Source of the DNA: Bilabrum cf. latius
Taxonomy: Eukaryota
DNA length: 64,000 bases
Direction: 5' to 3'
NCBI GenBank assembly: GCA_965178125.1
Contig: OZ237747.1
Location: 744,001-808,000, forward strand
Part shown: positions 62,147 through 64,000 of the stretch, in pieces
Layout of the letters: each line of letters begins with the position of its first letter
How positions within the stretch are numbered: the first letter of the stretch is position 1
Translations under genes and position numbers: made by a program
Notes under the pieces: model-generated
What the model was told of the DNA's origin: nothing
The model's input: the letters and a program-made list of their open reading frames with translations, nothing else
The model's database searches: none

Positions 62147-63329
62147 TCAGTCACTGCCATCCATTGGCGCGCTGCCTGTCGCAGACCCCGCTCCCTCGCC
62201 CTCGTCCTCGCCCTCGTCATCCCCGACCAAATCACTCAGCAGCTGCAGCATAAAGGCTGGCCCCGAGCTTGCATCGAAGTTGATGGTGTTGGCATCGTGC
62301 CCGTGCATGAACTCAGGCAGGACCTCCACACCCTTCAGCACCTGCACCTCGATCAGCCCAACGTCGTCCTCGTCCTCCCCAGATGCATCGGCAGAGGCAC
62401 CGGATCCTCCCGTGCCCTCCTGGTCTGCTGGCAGCAGTCGGATCTCCATCTCGGCTTCGCCGTCCTCCGTGTCAAGAGAGCAGCGGAACGACTTTCCATC
62501 AGCCCCCACAGATTCGGGCCAAAGCCCCGTGAATCGGTTGAATAGCTGCTTGATGGCCTCCAGGTCAGCAGAGGCCCTGCCAGTGGCAACTGTACCTGTG
62601 CCAGCGGCAGAGGATGCAGATGAGGCAGAGGACGAGGAGCTACCCTGCGAGTCCAGCACTTGCATCAATTCCTGCTTTGTTCTCTCTGAGTGCTCCAGCT
62701 TTCCCTAGAGGTCTTCCGCTCTGCTGCGCCACCTGCTCGCCTCGCCGTCGGCGCTTTGAAATAGTGCCGTCGACCGAATAACAGCTTCTGACGGGGCCGG
62801 CGGATTCTCCTTCAGCGAGCGCAATTTATGGGATGTCTTGGCAAGCTTCTCTCGCGTCTCTTCCAATTCTTGTCGCAAAGCATCGACTGCGGCGCGTTCT
62901 GCTTCCCGCTCCGCCGAAACAGCAGCTTCAAGTTCAGCTAGCTGCTCGGCTGCCTTTGAATTCTTCAAAGAGCGAAATTCATCTATTCCTGACTTGACAT
63001 CTTCAGATGCTTTAGCATACTGCAGATGGAGTGGCATACATACTATGCGATTCGGGATGGGGTTTGTGTACGATGTTACCGCGAGCAGACCAACGCAGCG
63101 TTTCGCTCACTTTTTCCGTAACACCCGAGGTATCACAAAGATTATCAAGCACAGATAGTGCTCTTTCGTGATCAAAGCCTGGCAGCACCGACGCATCACC
63201 AGCCCTTCCAGCCTTCGGAACCTGAGCGAGCATTCGCCCATCGCCAGCAAACACGCTCACCCCCGTTGCATCTAGCGCATTAGGGATAGACTCAGCGCGA
63301 GACGACTTCTTACCGGCTTTCTTCGGCAT
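62147..63329 (-). CDS. Coiled-coil plus RWD-like protein resembling monopolin subunit Csm1/Pcs1/TITAN9
   Basis: Exons 63111-63329 and 62147-63019 (gtgagc...tgcag), TAG at 62705. A coiled coil is followed by LFNRFTGL ... FRC ... LPEFM ... TINFDASSGPAFMLQLLSDL, the pattern I recall for the Csm1 C-terminal domain. Ends TGA. Confidence 0.55.
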
Positions 63330-63444
63330 AGCACGGAAAGTCTGCATCTTGCAGTTCGTCGATGAAACGGTCGGCAACTCTTTTCAAAAGTGCACGCTAC
63401 CCTGCACAGTTGCACGTGGGCCAAACTACGGCAACAGCAGGGCC

Positions 63445-64000
63445 ATGTTTGCAGCTCCGCTTTGGTTATCATAGCTAGCAGGTAAAACTACTGGTGTTCT
63501 TGCCCGGCACAAGCAAGGGTTCTTTAATCTGTTTATTGGAACGAGTTGCATCGTCCTATCAGTCCGGAGTATCTCCAAGGAGGTAAGATTCGACTGAGCT
63601 GGAGACTCGTACGCCGTTTAGATTTAAGGAATGCACGATCAATGCGTGCTTCTATCCAATTACCCCGACGCAGCATAAAATTGCCAAGCTAGAGAGACGA
63701 GTAGCCCAACAGAAGGAGGAGGCAGCATACTTGAAGCACCTCCTTTGCGACGATAGCAGCGAATGGTCAAGAAGATTAGGAGGCGACTCACTAAGCGTAA
63801 TTCAGTACATTCGGTCGGGCTTCTAGCTTGCCGAAGCTAGAATTTAGGACGACGGTCGCGCCGTCAAGAGCATAGGATTCGACTACGATCGCGGCCAGAC
63901 GATTGAAGAGAAAGAACTCGTCCCTTCGCGGCCCGCTGGCAGCGCCCTTGGCCTATGGTAGTTGAGTAGCGAGGAGGATGAACAGGCTGGTGCCGTGGAG
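63445..64000 (+). CDS. Hypothetical protein (hydrophobic segment plus coiled coil), 3' partial; absent from the standard-code ORF track
   Basis: Exon 63445-63582 (MFAAPLWLS(TAG)LAGK...FFNLFIGTSCIVLSVRSISKE), intron 63583-63673 (gtaaga...cgcag), exon 63674 to window end open with 3 more TAG. Confidence 0.6.

Noticed and set aside
1-64000. Interpreting TAG-interrupted genes as pseudogenes or RIP-like C-to-T damage
   Set aside because: There are no frameshifts, no in-frame TAA (expected from CAA) and no in-frame TGA. Every gene is affected, including conserved housekeeping genes, and motifs are intact downstream.
1-64000. TAG as Trp (A-to-I editing), Leu or pyrrolysine
   Set aside because: The conserved aligned positions are Gln (QxGFR, PQG, SEQI, DRQT), and TAG occurs within Gln runs.
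1-64000. Motif-specific sequencing error (e.g. CCAG read as CTAG)
   Set aside because: TAGs occur after all four bases (gat-TAG, atg-TAG, aaa-TAG, ccc-TAG). It is not formally excluded without raw reads.
1-64000. tRNA-Gln(CUA) suppressor or other tRNA/rRNA genes
   Set aside because: No cloverleaf or rRNA signature was recognised by eye. A tRNAscan-SE run is needed.

Overview
This is GC-rich, gene-dense eukaryotic nuclear DNA with short GT-AG introns (about 80-190 nt); a heterotrophic protist, possibly a stramenopile, is my unverified guess. The dominant signal is a non-standard genetic code. The ORF-track fragments join into intact genes when TAG is read as a sense codon. Those TAGs sit at positions where homologues have conserved Gln (DDX46 motifs, RT 'QxGFR' and 'PQG', Ku80). 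TGA and TAA still end genes, and I saw no in-frame TAA inside any exon. Read with TAG=Gln, the window holds: a partial S/R/G-rich gene, an uninterrupted non-LTR retrotransposon ORF, a sialate O-acetylesterase-GH27 alpha-galactosidase fusion, an ependymin-like secreted protein, an adenosine deaminase-DUSP-HIT-like fusion, a ~4,900-aa IQ/coiled-coil repeat protein, a PHD-finger protein, a ~3,965-aa type I membrane protein, Sen2-like tRNA endonuclease, DDX46/Prp5, Ku80, an EFHC/DM10 protein, a Csm1-like protein and a partial unknown gene. All homology calls come from manual motif recognition; no searches were run.
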